Of a stretch of 64,000 nt of DNA, positions 1-8,291 are shown piece by piece (position 1 is the stretch's first letter; each line of letters begins with the position of its first letter). This DNA comes from Candidatus Acidiferrum sp. (lineage in GTDB: Bacteria; Chloroflexota; Dormibacteria; CF-121): the NCBI GenBank assembly GCA_035602395.1, contig DATNMH010000052.1:2829-66828 (forward strand), written 5' to 3'. The translations under genes and the position numbers were made by a program. The notes beneath the pieces were generated by a model. The model worked only from the letters and a program-made list of their open reading frames with translations, made no database searches and was not told the origin of the DNA.

Positions 1-58
1 AGGCTTGCAGCTGGTCGGCGTCTACGCGATCATCGCGCTGGCGGCCTTCTTCCTTTAG
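1..58 (+). CDS. 3' end of an upstream gene (partial), hydrophobic C-terminus
   Basis: Frame open from the left edge, ending at TAG 56-58. Translates to GLQLVGVYAIIALAAFFL. Too short to assign. Confidence 0.3.
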   Translation, partial: GLQLVGVYAIIALAAFFL

Positions 59-1161
59 CGCAGGAGTTCCCGGCGGACGGTCAGGCGGTCGACGAGGTCG
101 ACCTTCACCCGGACGCCCAGCCCCCATCGGGTCGGCACTCCGATGGTGCCCCCGCGCTGGAGGATGAATGGCGGCTCCACGATATCCTCGGCCCAGTAGC
201 GATCGCTGGCAGAAATATCGCCGGGCAGCCGGAAGTTCGCCAGCGTCGCCAGGGCGACGTTGCAGGCCCGGCCGATACCCGTTTCCAGCATGCCGCCGCA
301 CCACACCGGCACACCCGCCTTGCTCGCGAGGTCGTGGATCCGGCGCGACTCGGCAAAGCCACCGACCCGGCCCGGTTTGACGTTGATCACCCGGCACGAC
401 CCGAGTTGGAGGGCCTGCCGAGCCTCGCGGGCTGATTCGATGCTCTCATCGAGGCAGATCGGGGTGCGCAATTGCCGCTGCAAGGCGGCATGATCGACGA
501 GGTCGCCGGCGGTCAGCGGCTGCTCCAGCATCAATAAGCCGAACTGGTCGAGCTGGCCAAGGTGGGCTGCATCGTCGAGTGTATAGGCGGAGTTGGCATC
601 CGCCATCAGCGTGATTTCCGGGTAACGCTGGCGGATGGCCGCGATCGTCATCACGTCCCAGCCGGGCTCGATCTTGACCTTGATCCGACGGTAGCCCTGC
701 GCCAGGTGGGTCCCGATGCTGTCGAGCAGCTCATCGACGGTCGCCTTGATGCCGATACTGACCCCGCTCTCCACGCGATCGCGGACTCCACCAAGGAAGG
801 TCGCGAGCGGCTTGCGCGCATGCTCGGCGAGGGCGCAGGTGAAGGCCATCTCGAGACAGGCCTTGGCCATGTGATGGCCCCGCACCGGCGCGAACAGGGT
901 TTCGAGCGCATCGACGTCGGCCAGTTCTCGCCCGATGACGGCCGGCACCAGGTAACCCTTGAGGATCTGCCAGGCGGTCTCAACCGTCTCGTAGGAGTAC
1001 CAGGGCCCTTCCCCGGCGACGCACTCGCCCCATTGCGAGCGGCCGTCGATCTCCAAGCGCACCAGCAGCGGGTAGCGGTCCTGCTGCACGCCGAAGCTGG
1101 TGCGAAACGGCTGCAGCAGCCGCATCTTCAGCACCCGCAGCTCGACGGCCTCGATCTTCAT
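55..1161 (-). CDS. N-acylamino acid racemase / o-succinylbenzoate synthase family enzyme (enolase superfamily)
   Basis: 368-aa ORF, colinear by eye with Amycolatopsis-type NAAAR/OSBS. Has KxK (RIKVKIE), metal ligands DAN / EQP / DES and second Lys (NVKPGR). Overlaps the upstream GNAT gene by 4 nt. Confidence 0.9.
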   Translation of the reverse strand: MKIEAVELRVLKMRLLQPFRTSFGVQQDRYPLLVRLEIDGRSQWGECVAGEGPWYSYETVETAWQILKGYLVPAVIGRELADVDALETLFAPVRGHHMAKACLEMAFTCALAEHARKPLATFLGGVRDRVESGVSIGIKATVDELLDSIGTHLAQGYRRIKVKIEPGWDVMTIAAIRQRYPEITLMADANSAYTLDDAAHLGQLDQFGLLMLEQPLTAGDLVDHAALQRQLRTPICLDESIESAREARQALQLGSCRVINVKPGRVGGFAESRRIHDLASKAGVPVWCGGMLETGIGRACNVALATLANFRLPGDISASDRYWAEDIVEPPFILQRGGTIGVPTRWGLGVRVKVDLVDRLTVRRELLR

Positions 1162-1970
1162 GATGCCCGGGCCATCACGTAGGCGCCCTCCCGCCGGAAG
1201 TCGACCGCGGTCATGCCGCTGGCAAGGGCCGCTTCGAGCGCGGCCCGACTCTCCAGCCGCCAGCGCAGGGCCAGCTCGGGACTCCTCTTCTTGATCGCCT
1301 GAAAATCCTGTGGCACGGCGATCAGGACGGCAGGCGCCCGCGCCGGGTCGACCGCCTCACGGATGGGCTCGCTGTCGCCGGCTATCCGCAGCATCACGAC
1401 CGCCTCACCGGTCGGGGCCGCCACCTTTGGCTGATCCAGCCACCATTCGGCCTCGAACCGGTCGGAGGGCAGGCCACGGTTGAGCTCGTCTTCCATTTCG
1501 CCGTAGTGGTTCCGATCGTACAGGCGCGCGATGCATCCCAGCCGATGGAGATTGATGTATGCGTTGCGTGCCTCCAGTGGATCGAAGGTCCAGGACACCA
1601 GCGGATAGCCAAGCCGCAGCGCATCTTTCCGCTGAGCCTGCTTGAGCGCGATACCGATCCCGGCGCCGCGTAGCTCCGGGATAACGCCGAGCTGATGCGA
1701 GCAGAGGCGGAGCTGCCCAGCGCGCAGACCGGCAAAGCCAAAGCAGAAGCCAACCAGCCGGCCGTCGGGAAGGAAAGCGCCATGGACCAGGCCGCCGTTG
1801 AGCTGCATCGTGAGCAGGAGCTCGCGCGGCACCACGTTCCGCTCGGCGGCGCCCCAGATGTCCCGGCTCAGCGCCTCGCAGGCAGCGAACTCAGCATGGG
1901 AGCGGGCCAGTCGCACCTCGACACGCGGGCGAGCCGGCGATCCGGACAACGGCGGCGGCACGCGCCACAT
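1158..1970 (-). CDS. GNAT family acyltransferase
   Basis: GNAT core (QLGVIPELRGAGIGIALKQAQRKDAL). Start chosen at ATG 1970; the longer track ORF to 2447 is an Arg/Pro-rich high-GC artefact overlapping the next gene. Stop overlaps the racemase start. Confidence 0.75.
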   Translation of the reverse strand: MWRVPPPLSGSPARPRVEVRLARSHAEFAACEALSRDIWGAAERNVVPRELLLTMQLNGGLVHGAFLPDGRLVGFCFGFAGLRAGQLRLCSHQLGVIPELRGAGIGIALKQAQRKDALRLGYPLVSWTFDPLEARNAYINLHRLGCIARLYDRNHYGEMEDELNRGLPSDRFEAEWWLDQPKVAAPTGEAVVMLRIAGDSEPIREAVDPARAPAVLIAVPQDFQAIKKRSPELALRWRLESRAALEAALASGMTAVDFRREGAYVMARAS

Positions 1971-2001
1971 CCTAGCGTGGCGGCGGCGAACCGGCGACGC
2001 C

Positions 2002-2709
2002 TTACTTACACGTCCAGGCGCTCTGGCGGCCGGCGTTGTAGAAGACGAGCGCGCCCCGCGCCTGGGCCAGCGGATCCCAGATGTTCTGGCCGGGGAAGTT
2101 GGCATTCCAGGTGGACGGCATGAACTGGAACAGGCCGCTGGCGCCGCTGGAGAGATTGACGGCCAGCGGATTGTAGTGGCTCTCGCAGTTCGCCACCCGC
2201 AGCGCCCAGGTGAGGCCGGGGCTACTGCCGAAGACCGCGTAAATGGCCGCCAGGCCATCTCCGCCCGAGCCGGGCGGCGGCGGGGTGAAGGCCGGGGGCG
2301 CACCCGTCCTCGAGGCGGGCGCCGGGGGCGCCGCCGGCACGATGACGTCGGGTGCCGGACGCTCCTCGAGCGCCGAGGCCTTGAGGACCTCTCGGAGCGG
2401 CGCATTTCGAGGGCGAGCCGGGGTTGTCCACAGGACGTAGCCCGCATATTGAGCCGAGACCGTCCGCGTCACCGCGGGCCGGACCGTCAGCACCGGAACG
2501 ACCAGAACGAAGCCCAGCCCGAGCACGAGTGCATGGCCGACCAGGGTGATCGAGAGCTGCCGCCGGCGAAGTCGAAGCTGGTCGAGGACCTGCCGGCACC
2601 TGCGCCGGAGGCGCCAGTAACGAAGAACCGCCCGGGCGGCCCAGTCAGAAACCACAAGATAGCGGAATCGCGCGATGGTTAACCGCAAGATATAGGCGTG
2701 AGCCTTCAA
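2002..2709 (-). CDS. membrane-anchored lytic transglycosylase (SLT domain) protein
   Basis: C-terminal SLT-like motif CESHYNPLAVNLSSGASGLFQFMPSTW. N-terminal TM segment. TTG start at 2709. Confidence 0.75.
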   Translation of the reverse strand: MKAHAYILRLTIARFRYLVVSDWAARAVLRYWRLRRRCRQVLDQLRLRRRQLSITLVGHALVLGLGFVLVVPVLTVRPAVTRTVSAQYAGYVLWTTPARPRNAPLREVLKASALEERPAPDVIVPAAPPAPASRTGAPPAFTPPPPGSGGDGLAAIYAVFGSSPGLTWALRVANCESHYNPLAVNLSSGASGLFQFMPSTWNANFPGQNIWDPLAQARGALVFYNAGRQSAWTCK

Positions 2710-2880
2710 GACAATAGCAATAACAACCCCTGTAACGTTGATGGAGCCTTCCCTCCGTCACTCGACGAACGTCAACCCTTCTGGTCCGTGGCGGAGACGA
2801 GTAGGAAGGCGGTTGGCTACGACGAGGCGTAACGGACCGTCGTCCACCCTAACACAGGGGGTGGGCGGGGCGTCAGGTCG

Positions 2881-3993
2881 CTAGAGCGCCTCGATCAGGC
2901 GCCGGAGGAGTTCCGTCCGATCCAGCCAGCTCCGAATCATCAGGTGCTCGGAGTCGGCGTGGGCGCCACCGCCGTCCGGGCCAAGGCCATCGAGCGTCGG
3001 GATACCGATCGCGGCGGTGAAGTTGCCATCGCTACCGCCGCCGGTGCTGGTTTCGGTCAGCGGGAAGCCGACATCGCCGGCGAGCCGCTGGGCGAGTTGG
3101 GCAAGGCGAACGGTGCCGGCGCTGCGCTCCATCGGCGGCCGGTCGACGCCGCCACTGACGCGCAGGCGAGCTCCCGCGAGCCGCGGTTGCAGGTCGTTGA
3201 TGGCGCGAACGACCCGCTCCGCTTCGGAGGCCCGCGCGAAGCGAACGTCGATTTCGGCACGGGCGTGCGCCGCGACGACGTTGGGCCGGGTGCCCCCGTC
3301 GACCACGCCGACATTGATCGTGGTGCCAGTCGCCGGGTCGCTGAGGGCCTTAAGGGCCAGTACCTGGTGCGCCATCTCCTCGATCGCGCTGATCCCTTTC
3401 TCCGGCTCGACGCCGGCGTGGGCAGCGCGGCCGTCGACCTCCAGGATGAAATCGGCGATGCCCTTGCGCGCGGTCTTGATCGCCCCGCCACTGGCGGCGG
3501 GTTCCAGCACCAGCACCGCCACCGCATGCCGCGCTGTTTCCTCGATCAGGGCGCGCGAGCTGGCGCTGCCGATTTCCTCGTCAGAGGTCGACAGGACGAT
3601 CACCGGCCGTTTCGGTTTGGCCGCCTCGAGGGCAAACGCTGCTTCGACGATGCCGGCCTTCATGTCATAGCTCCCAGGGCCGGTGACGCGATCCCCGTCA
3701 ACTCGGAAGGGCAAGCGCGCCAGGGTGGCTTCGGGCCACACCGTGTCGTGATGGCAGAGCAGCATGATCGGTTCGGCGCCGTCGCCAATCCGGATCTCCA
3801 GGTGGTCGCCCCGGTCGGGCCGCTCATGTCGCACCGCGGAGGCCCCGGTTCGCTCCCGGAAGAGATCGGTGACCCGATCGGCACAGGCATCACAGCGCGC
3901 CTTGTCGAACGAGGGCGACTCGGCGACCACGAGGCGTTCCAGGGCGGCGAGCATGGCGGTCCGGTCGGGCCTTTGCATCAGGGTGCCGTCCAT
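2881..3993 (-). CDS. M20 family metallopeptidase / amidohydrolase
   Basis: 370-aa ORF with M20 signatures (LLCHHDTVWP, SYDMKAG, STSDEEIGS, GGGSDGN). Confidence 0.85.
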   Translation of the reverse strand: MDGTLMQRPDRTAMLAALERLVVAESPSFDKARCDACADRVTDLFRERTGASAVRHERPDRGDHLEIRIGDGAEPIMLLCHHDTVWPEATLARLPFRVDGDRVTGPGSYDMKAGIVEAAFALEAAKPKRPVIVLSTSDEEIGSASSRALIEETARHAVAVLVLEPAASGGAIKTARKGIADFILEVDGRAAHAGVEPEKGISAIEEMAHQVLALKALSDPATGTTINVGVVDGGTRPNVVAAHARAEIDVRFARASEAERVVRAINDLQPRLAGARLRVSGGVDRPPMERSAGTVRLAQLAQRLAGDVGFPLTETSTGGGSDGNFTAAIGIPTLDGLGPDGGGAHADSEHLMIRSWLDRTELLRRLIEAL

Positions 3994-4052
3994 GCTAAAA
4001 CAGGCGGGAATAGCGCCACGCTGACGATTCGGACTACAGGAGGGAGAAAGCT

Positions 4053-5417
4053 ATGAGCGTTCGCGCGCCCGAAGTCGCCAACCGGATCGTTCTCGACGAG
4101 CAAGAGATGCCGACGCGCTGGTACAACATCCAGGCGGACCTCCCATTTCCGGGGAGCCCGCCGCTGCACCCGGGTACGCGTCAGCCGATCGGCCCGCAGG
4201 ACCTGGCGCCGTTGTTCCCGATGGAGCTGATCAAGCAGGAGGTCTCCCAGGAGCGCTATATCGACATCCCGCAACCGGTCCAGGAGGCGCTGCGACTGTG
4301 GCGTCCGACACCGCTGATGCGCGCGACCCGGCTGGAGCGGGAGCTCAAGACCACGGCGAAGATTTACTACAAGTACGAGGGAGTCAGCCCGCCCGGTTCG
4401 CACAAACCGAACACGGCGGTCGCCCAGGCCTTCTACAACAAGGCCGAGGGTACCAAGCGATTGTCGACTGAGACCGGCGCCGGCCAGTGGGGGAGTGCCC
4501 TGGCCTTTGCCGCCAGGATCTTCGACCTCGAGTGCATGGTCTACATGGTGCGCATCAGCTACGAGCAGAAGCCTTATCGCAAGAGCATGATGCAGGTCTG
4601 GGGCGCAACCGTCGTCCCCAGCCCGTCCGAGCTGACGAATGCCGGGCGCAAGATTCGCGCCGAGCATCCGGACTCCACCGGCAGTCTCGGCATCGCCATC
4701 TCCGAGGCCGTCGAGGATGCCGCGACTCGGGACGACACCAAGTACTCGCTGGGAAGTGTGCTCAACCATGTCCTGATGCACCAAACGATCATCGGCGAAG
4801 AGGCGCTGCTGCAGATGGAGCGAGCCGGCGCGACGCCGGACCTGGTGGTCGGCTGTGTTGGTGGTGGCAGCAATTTCTCCGGGCTCGCGTTCCCCTTCCT
4901 CCGCGATCGGCTCCAGGGGCGGACCCGGACGCGGTTCCTGGCGGTGGAGCCGGACGCCTGTCCATCGATCACCCGTGGCAAATACACCTACGACTTCGGC
5001 GACACCGGTGAAATGACGCCGCTGGTCAAGATGCATACGCTCGGCCACGGCTTCATCCCGGACGGCATCCACGCGGGCGGGCTGCGGTACCATGGCATGG
5101 CGCCGCTGGTCTCCGCGCTGGTCGACCACGGCTTCATCGACGCGGTTGCCTATCCGCAGAGAACGGTCTTCGATGCCGCGGTTCAATTCGCACGCACCGA
5201 GGGCACCATCCCGGCGCCGGAGTCAGCCCACGCCATTCGCGCCGTCATCGACGAGGCCATCAAGGCGCGCGAGCGCGGTGAGTCGCCGGTCATCCTCTTC
5301 AACCTGAGTGGGCACGGCCTGCTCGACCTGGCCGCCTACGACGCCTACTTCGCCGGCACGCTATCGGATGTCGCCCTCTCGGAGACGCGCATCAAGGAAC
5401 TCGTCGGCGCACTGTAA
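4053..5417 (+). CDS. TrpB-like PLP-dependent enzyme (tryptophan synthase beta type 2)
   Basis: 454-aa ORF typical of TrpB2 ([24 protein letters not shown]). GGAGGGA SD upstream. No other trp genes nearby. Confidence 0.9.
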   Translation: MSVRAPEVANRIVLDEQEMPTRWYNIQADLPFPGSPPLHPGTRQPIGPQDLAPLFPMELIKQEVSQERYIDIPQPVQEALRLWRPTPLMRATRLERELKTTAKIYYKYEGVSPPGSHKPNTAVAQAFYNKAEGTKRLSTETGAGQWGSALAFAARIFDLECMVYMVRISYEQKPYRKSMMQVWGATVVPSPSELTNAGRKIRAEHPDSTGSLGIAISEAVEDAATRDDTKYSLGSVLNHVLMHQTIIGEEALLQMERAGATPDLVVGCVGGGSNFSGLAFPFLRDRLQGRTRTRFLAVEPDACPSITRGKYTYDFGDTGEMTPLVKMHTLGHGFIPDGIHAGGLRYHGMAPLVSALVDHGFIDAVAYPQRTVFDAAVQFARTEGTIPAPESAHAIRAVIDEAIKARERGESPVILFNLSGHGLLDLAAYDAYFAGTLSDVALSETRIKELVGAL

Positions 5418-5423
5418 ATCATC

Positions 5424-5450
5424 GGGAGGAGGCCCGGCGGGTCTCCTCCC
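5424..5450. terminator. GC-rich hairpin between convergent genes
   Basis: GGGAGGAG-N11-CTCCTCCC between the TrpB2 stop (5417) and the KGG gene stop (5457). No clear U-tract. Confidence 0.35.
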
Positions 5451-5456
5451 CATCGG

Positions 5457-5744
5457 TCAGCGGCGGCCGCCCTCCCGCCCGATGGCGGCCATCCGGTTGC
5501 GGTCCTGGCTGGACGCTTCGCCACCCTTTCGGCCGGCGGCTCGCGCCTCTTCGGAGGAAAACTCATGCGCCGATCCTTTTTCGTGGGCCGCTTTGCCGCC
5601 TTTGCTGCCTGCCGAGCGTGCTTCTTCGGAACTGAACTCGTGGGCCGACCCTTTTTGATGCGCCGCCTGGCCGCCCTTGCTGGCGATTTCCCGCTGCTTG
5701 GCCTGATCCATGGAACCGAAGCCTCGCTTGCCGCTGACTGGCAT
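5457..5744 (-). CDS. KGG-repeat general stress protein
   Basis: 95 aa with repeated KGG...AHEKGSAHEFSSEEAR units. Confidence 0.8.
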   Translation of the reverse strand: MPVSGKRGFGSMDQAKQREIASKGGQAAHQKGSAHEFSSEEARSAGSKGGKAAHEKGSAHEFSSEEARAAGRKGGEASSQDRNRMAAIGREGGRR

Positions 5745-5826
5745 TGTTTCGCCTCCCTTTCAACTGGACGGCGGCACGCAGGGGATGCAAGTTGGCCCGC
5801 GAGCCACTGATGCTAGGAACGGTATC

Positions 5827-5857
5827 AATTTAGCTGACACGACTGGTTGGCTGTCAA
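5827..5857 (-). promoter_or_regulatory. candidate sigma70-like promoter of the KGG stress gene
   Basis: Minus strand has TTGACA (5852-5857) and TAAATT (5827-5832). The 19-nt spacer is longer than optimal. Confidence 0.25.
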
Positions 5858-5938
5858 GCGTCACACTGCAAACCGGAGCGCTCGACAGGCCTCGCTCACC
5901 TGCGAGGCCCGTTGCGGCGAAGCGCGTGCGCCGGGTTT

Positions 5939-6394
5939 CTAGTAGCCCGCCGGCTCCTTGCCGTTGAAGAAGGCCCGCACCCTCTCCCCGAACGTCGCTC
6001 GGGGGCGATACGATGCGGCGCTGCGCTGGCGGTCCGGCGCGGTCGTGGCAGCCACCGGCTCGCGGCCGTGGAGCTCGCTGCGTACGCGGGCATTTTCCTC
6101 GCGCAGCTGCTGGTTCTCGCGACGCAAGTCGCCGATCGCCGATTCGCGGGTCGTGACCCGACGCCGCATGGAGCCCACTCGGACGCCATGAACCAGGCCC
6201 GCGTAGAGCATGTAGAGCACGAGCAAGCCGCCGAACACGACGGCGGTCAGCACCACCGGGACCCAATCGGGTACCGCGGCCCAGTGCCATTGCCAGAGCG
6301 TGACGTCGTGCGTGCCGGCGTTCCCACCAATGGCATAGACGGCAACGATGCCAACGGCGGCGATCAGAAGCAAGAGGAATAGGATCATGGGCAA
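5939..6394 (-). CDS. LapA-domain-like membrane protein with coiled-coil tail
   Basis: Two N-terminal TM helices followed by GDLRRENQQLREENARVRSEL. Confidence 0.6.
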   Translation of the reverse strand: MPMILFLLLLIAAVGIVAVYAIGGNAGTHDVTLWQWHWAAVPDWVPVVLTAVVFGGLLVLYMLYAGLVHGVRVGSMRRRVTTRESAIGDLRRENQQLREENARVRSELHGREPVAATTAPDRQRSAASYRPRATFGERVRAFFNGKEPAGY

Positions 6395-6412
6395 TCCCTC
6401 CAGGACGTTGAG

Positions 6413-6964
6413 TTGGTTGATAACATGACGGATATCACGTTACCTGACATCGGTGGGGCGAGTCAAGGTGGTGAATTGGCGGACCTGGTAATTCGCCGCC
6501 TGGCGGCCGCCGATTGGGCGGCCTTCCGTGCCGTACGCGTGGCGGCCCTGCGGGACGCCCCCGAGGCGTTCGGATCGACCGCCAGCGATGCCGAGCGGTT
6601 CGACGAGGAGGAGTGGCGGCGCCGGGTCGAGGCGCGCGCGGTCTTTATCGCGGAGGTGGCCGGCCAGGACGCCGGCCTGGCGGCCGGTATCGCCGCGGAT
6701 CGTCCTGGGGACGCCGAACTGATCTCGATGTGGGTGGCACCTGCATGGCGGGGTCAGGGCGTTGGTGACCGCCTGGTGGAGGCGGTGCTCGGCTGGGCAG
6801 CCGGCGAAGGATTCGCGACCGTGCGCCTCTGGGTCACCAAGGGCAACGCTCGAGCTGAGCGCCTCTACGCCCGGCATGGGTTCGCATCAACTGGCCGCAT
6901 GCAGCCGATGGGAGAAGAAGGATCCGGCCGGCTCGAATTCGAAATGCGCCGGGCCGCCGGCTAG
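6413..6964 (+). CDS. GNAT family N-acetyltransferase
   Basis: GNAT motif A (WVAPAWRGQGVGDRLVEAVLGWA). TTG 6413 or ATG 6425 start. Confidence 0.8.
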   Translation: MVDNMTDITLPDIGGASQGGELADLVIRRLAAADWAAFRAVRVAALRDAPEAFGSTASDAERFDEEEWRRRVEARAVFIAEVAGQDAGLAAGIAADRPGDAELISMWVAPAWRGQGVGDRLVEAVLGWAAGEGFATVRLWVTKGNARAERLYARHGFASTGRMQPMGEEGSGRLEFEMRRAAG

Positions 6965-7203
6965 CGGAGGTCGCGGACGGCGGCGGTGCCGAGGAAGCCC
7001 GCGGCCAGGGCGACGGTCGCCAGTCGCATCGAATCGACCAGCCACCCACCGGCGGCCGTCAAGCTCAAGGTGAGGGCGGCGCAGAGCGAGCTGCACAGTC
7101 CCGCGATCAGCCAGAGCGGCCAGCGCCGGCGACCAGGCCAGGCCAACAGGACGCACAAGAGAAAGGCGACCAGGATGAAACCCCCCACCATCCTGGTCGC
7201 CAT
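6961..7203 (-). CDS. small hypothetical membrane protein
   Basis: About 80 aa with 2-3 hydrophobic helices. Start taken at ATG 7203. Stop overlaps the convergent GNAT stop. Confidence 0.4.
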   Translation of the reverse strand: MATRMVGGFILVAFLLCVLLAWPGRRRWPLWLIAGLCSSLCAALTLSLTAAGGWLVDSMRLATVALAAGFLGTAAVRDLR

Positions 7204-7346
7204 CGGCGTGCCCCCCAGGTCGATTGGCACCCCCACTGGTCACAGCCTACGGCGAGTTCGTCTTTACCGGTATCCCCCAGGGTGATGAAAGATCAGCCCT
7301 TGCGGTTCCAACCGGAGGAGGGCGAACGGGGGAGAGGGAGCGTCCT

Positions 7347-8210
7347 CTAGATCAGATTCTGCCGGGAGGCGGCGGCCACCGCCTCGGCGCGATTGCGGGC
7401 GTTGAGCCGGTTCAGCAGGTTCTCGACGTAGGTCTTGACCGTGTTCTCGCTCAAGTGGAGGCGAGTGGCGATCATGGCGTTGGAGTAGCCTTCCGCGACA
7501 AGCTCGAGGACCTCCTGTTCGCGGGGCGAGAGCCGGACGGCCGGAACCGTTCCGCTCGTCACAGGCGTGGCGACGGCGCTGACGATGACCGCCGGTGCCG
7601 TCGGAGGGCTCGATCCGTTCGGACCGGCCGCCGGTCCCTGGGGTAGTACGCCTCCAATGACGATCCGATCGTAGGCCGCCAGGATCGCTCCCGCGACCAC
7701 CATGATCAGGCTCCAGTACAACACGTCCGGCCCGTCGAAGGGCCTGTGCAGAAAGGCTTGGAGAGCCGCGTTCAAGGCGATCATCCCTATGACGAAGATG
7801 CCGACGCATAGCATCGCCCCCTCGGCGCCGTCGTAGGCCACCATCCACACGATCAGGAGGATGTAGGCCGCGTAGATGCTGGTGCTCGCGCCGACCCCAC
7901 CGAAAACGTAGAGCACCAGGAAGTAGCTGACGGTATCCAGCAAGGTGAGGGCGCGCCCGATCCGCAGGATCGAGGTGTCGTCGGCCCTGGAGATCTGGAT
8001 CATTCCCCAGGCGTTGTAGAGGGCGACCCAGATGAGGATCAGGGCAAGCCCGATCCCGGAGATCGGCTTCACCTCGAGTGACAGGATCGCCGCAAAAAGC
8101 AGCCCCGGCCAGCGAACCACCGTGCCGAGCCATGCCAGCCGGCGCAGAGTGGTTGCGTTCAGACGCGGACGCTCGGCGGCGTCGAGTCCGAGCAACGAGA
8201 GCGTCCGCAT
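7347..8210 (-). CDS. membrane-bound LuxR-family transcriptional regulator
   Basis: Five to six N-terminal TM helices plus a C-terminal LuxR HTH (SPREQEVLELVAEGYSNAMIATRLHLSENTVKTYV). No receiver domain. Confidence 0.8.
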   Translation of the reverse strand: MRTLSLLGLDAAERPRLNATTLRRLAWLGTVVRWPGLLFAAILSLEVKPISGIGLALILIWVALYNAWGMIQISRADDTSILRIGRALTLLDTVSYFLVLYVFGGVGASTSIYAAYILLIVWMVAYDGAEGAMLCVGIFVIGMIALNAALQAFLHRPFDGPDVLYWSLIMVVAGAILAAYDRIVIGGVLPQGPAAGPNGSSPPTAPAVIVSAVATPVTSGTVPAVRLSPREQEVLELVAEGYSNAMIATRLHLSENTVKTYVENLLNRLNARNRAEAVAAASRQNLI

Positions 8211-8291
8211 TCCCCGACCTCCGCCCTGCCCCCGTCAGGGTGGCCCCATTCTACCGGCGACTTCCGAGCCCGTAAAGACGCGCGGCGCGCG

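Noticed and set aside
1971-2447. N-terminal extension of the GNAT ORF to 429 aa
   Set aside because: The extension is Arg/Pro/Ser-rich and overlaps the SLT gene in another frame. GNAT homology begins only after ATG 1970.
2710-2880. Possible c-di-AMP (ydaO-type) riboswitch in the 171-nt leader of the SLT cell-wall hydrolase gene
   Set aside because: The context would fit, because ydaO elements precede rpf and cell-wall hydrolase genes in Actinobacteria. However, I could not find the conserved ACGGGG / GGUGAAUC / CCGA cores on the minus strand. An Infernal scan would settle it.
5457-5744. Internal DNA repeats that might be mistaken for a tandem repeat or CRISPR-like element
   Set aside because: They are in-frame duplications of the KGG stress-protein repeat unit inside a clear ORF. 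No spacer/repeat architecture exists anywhere in the window.
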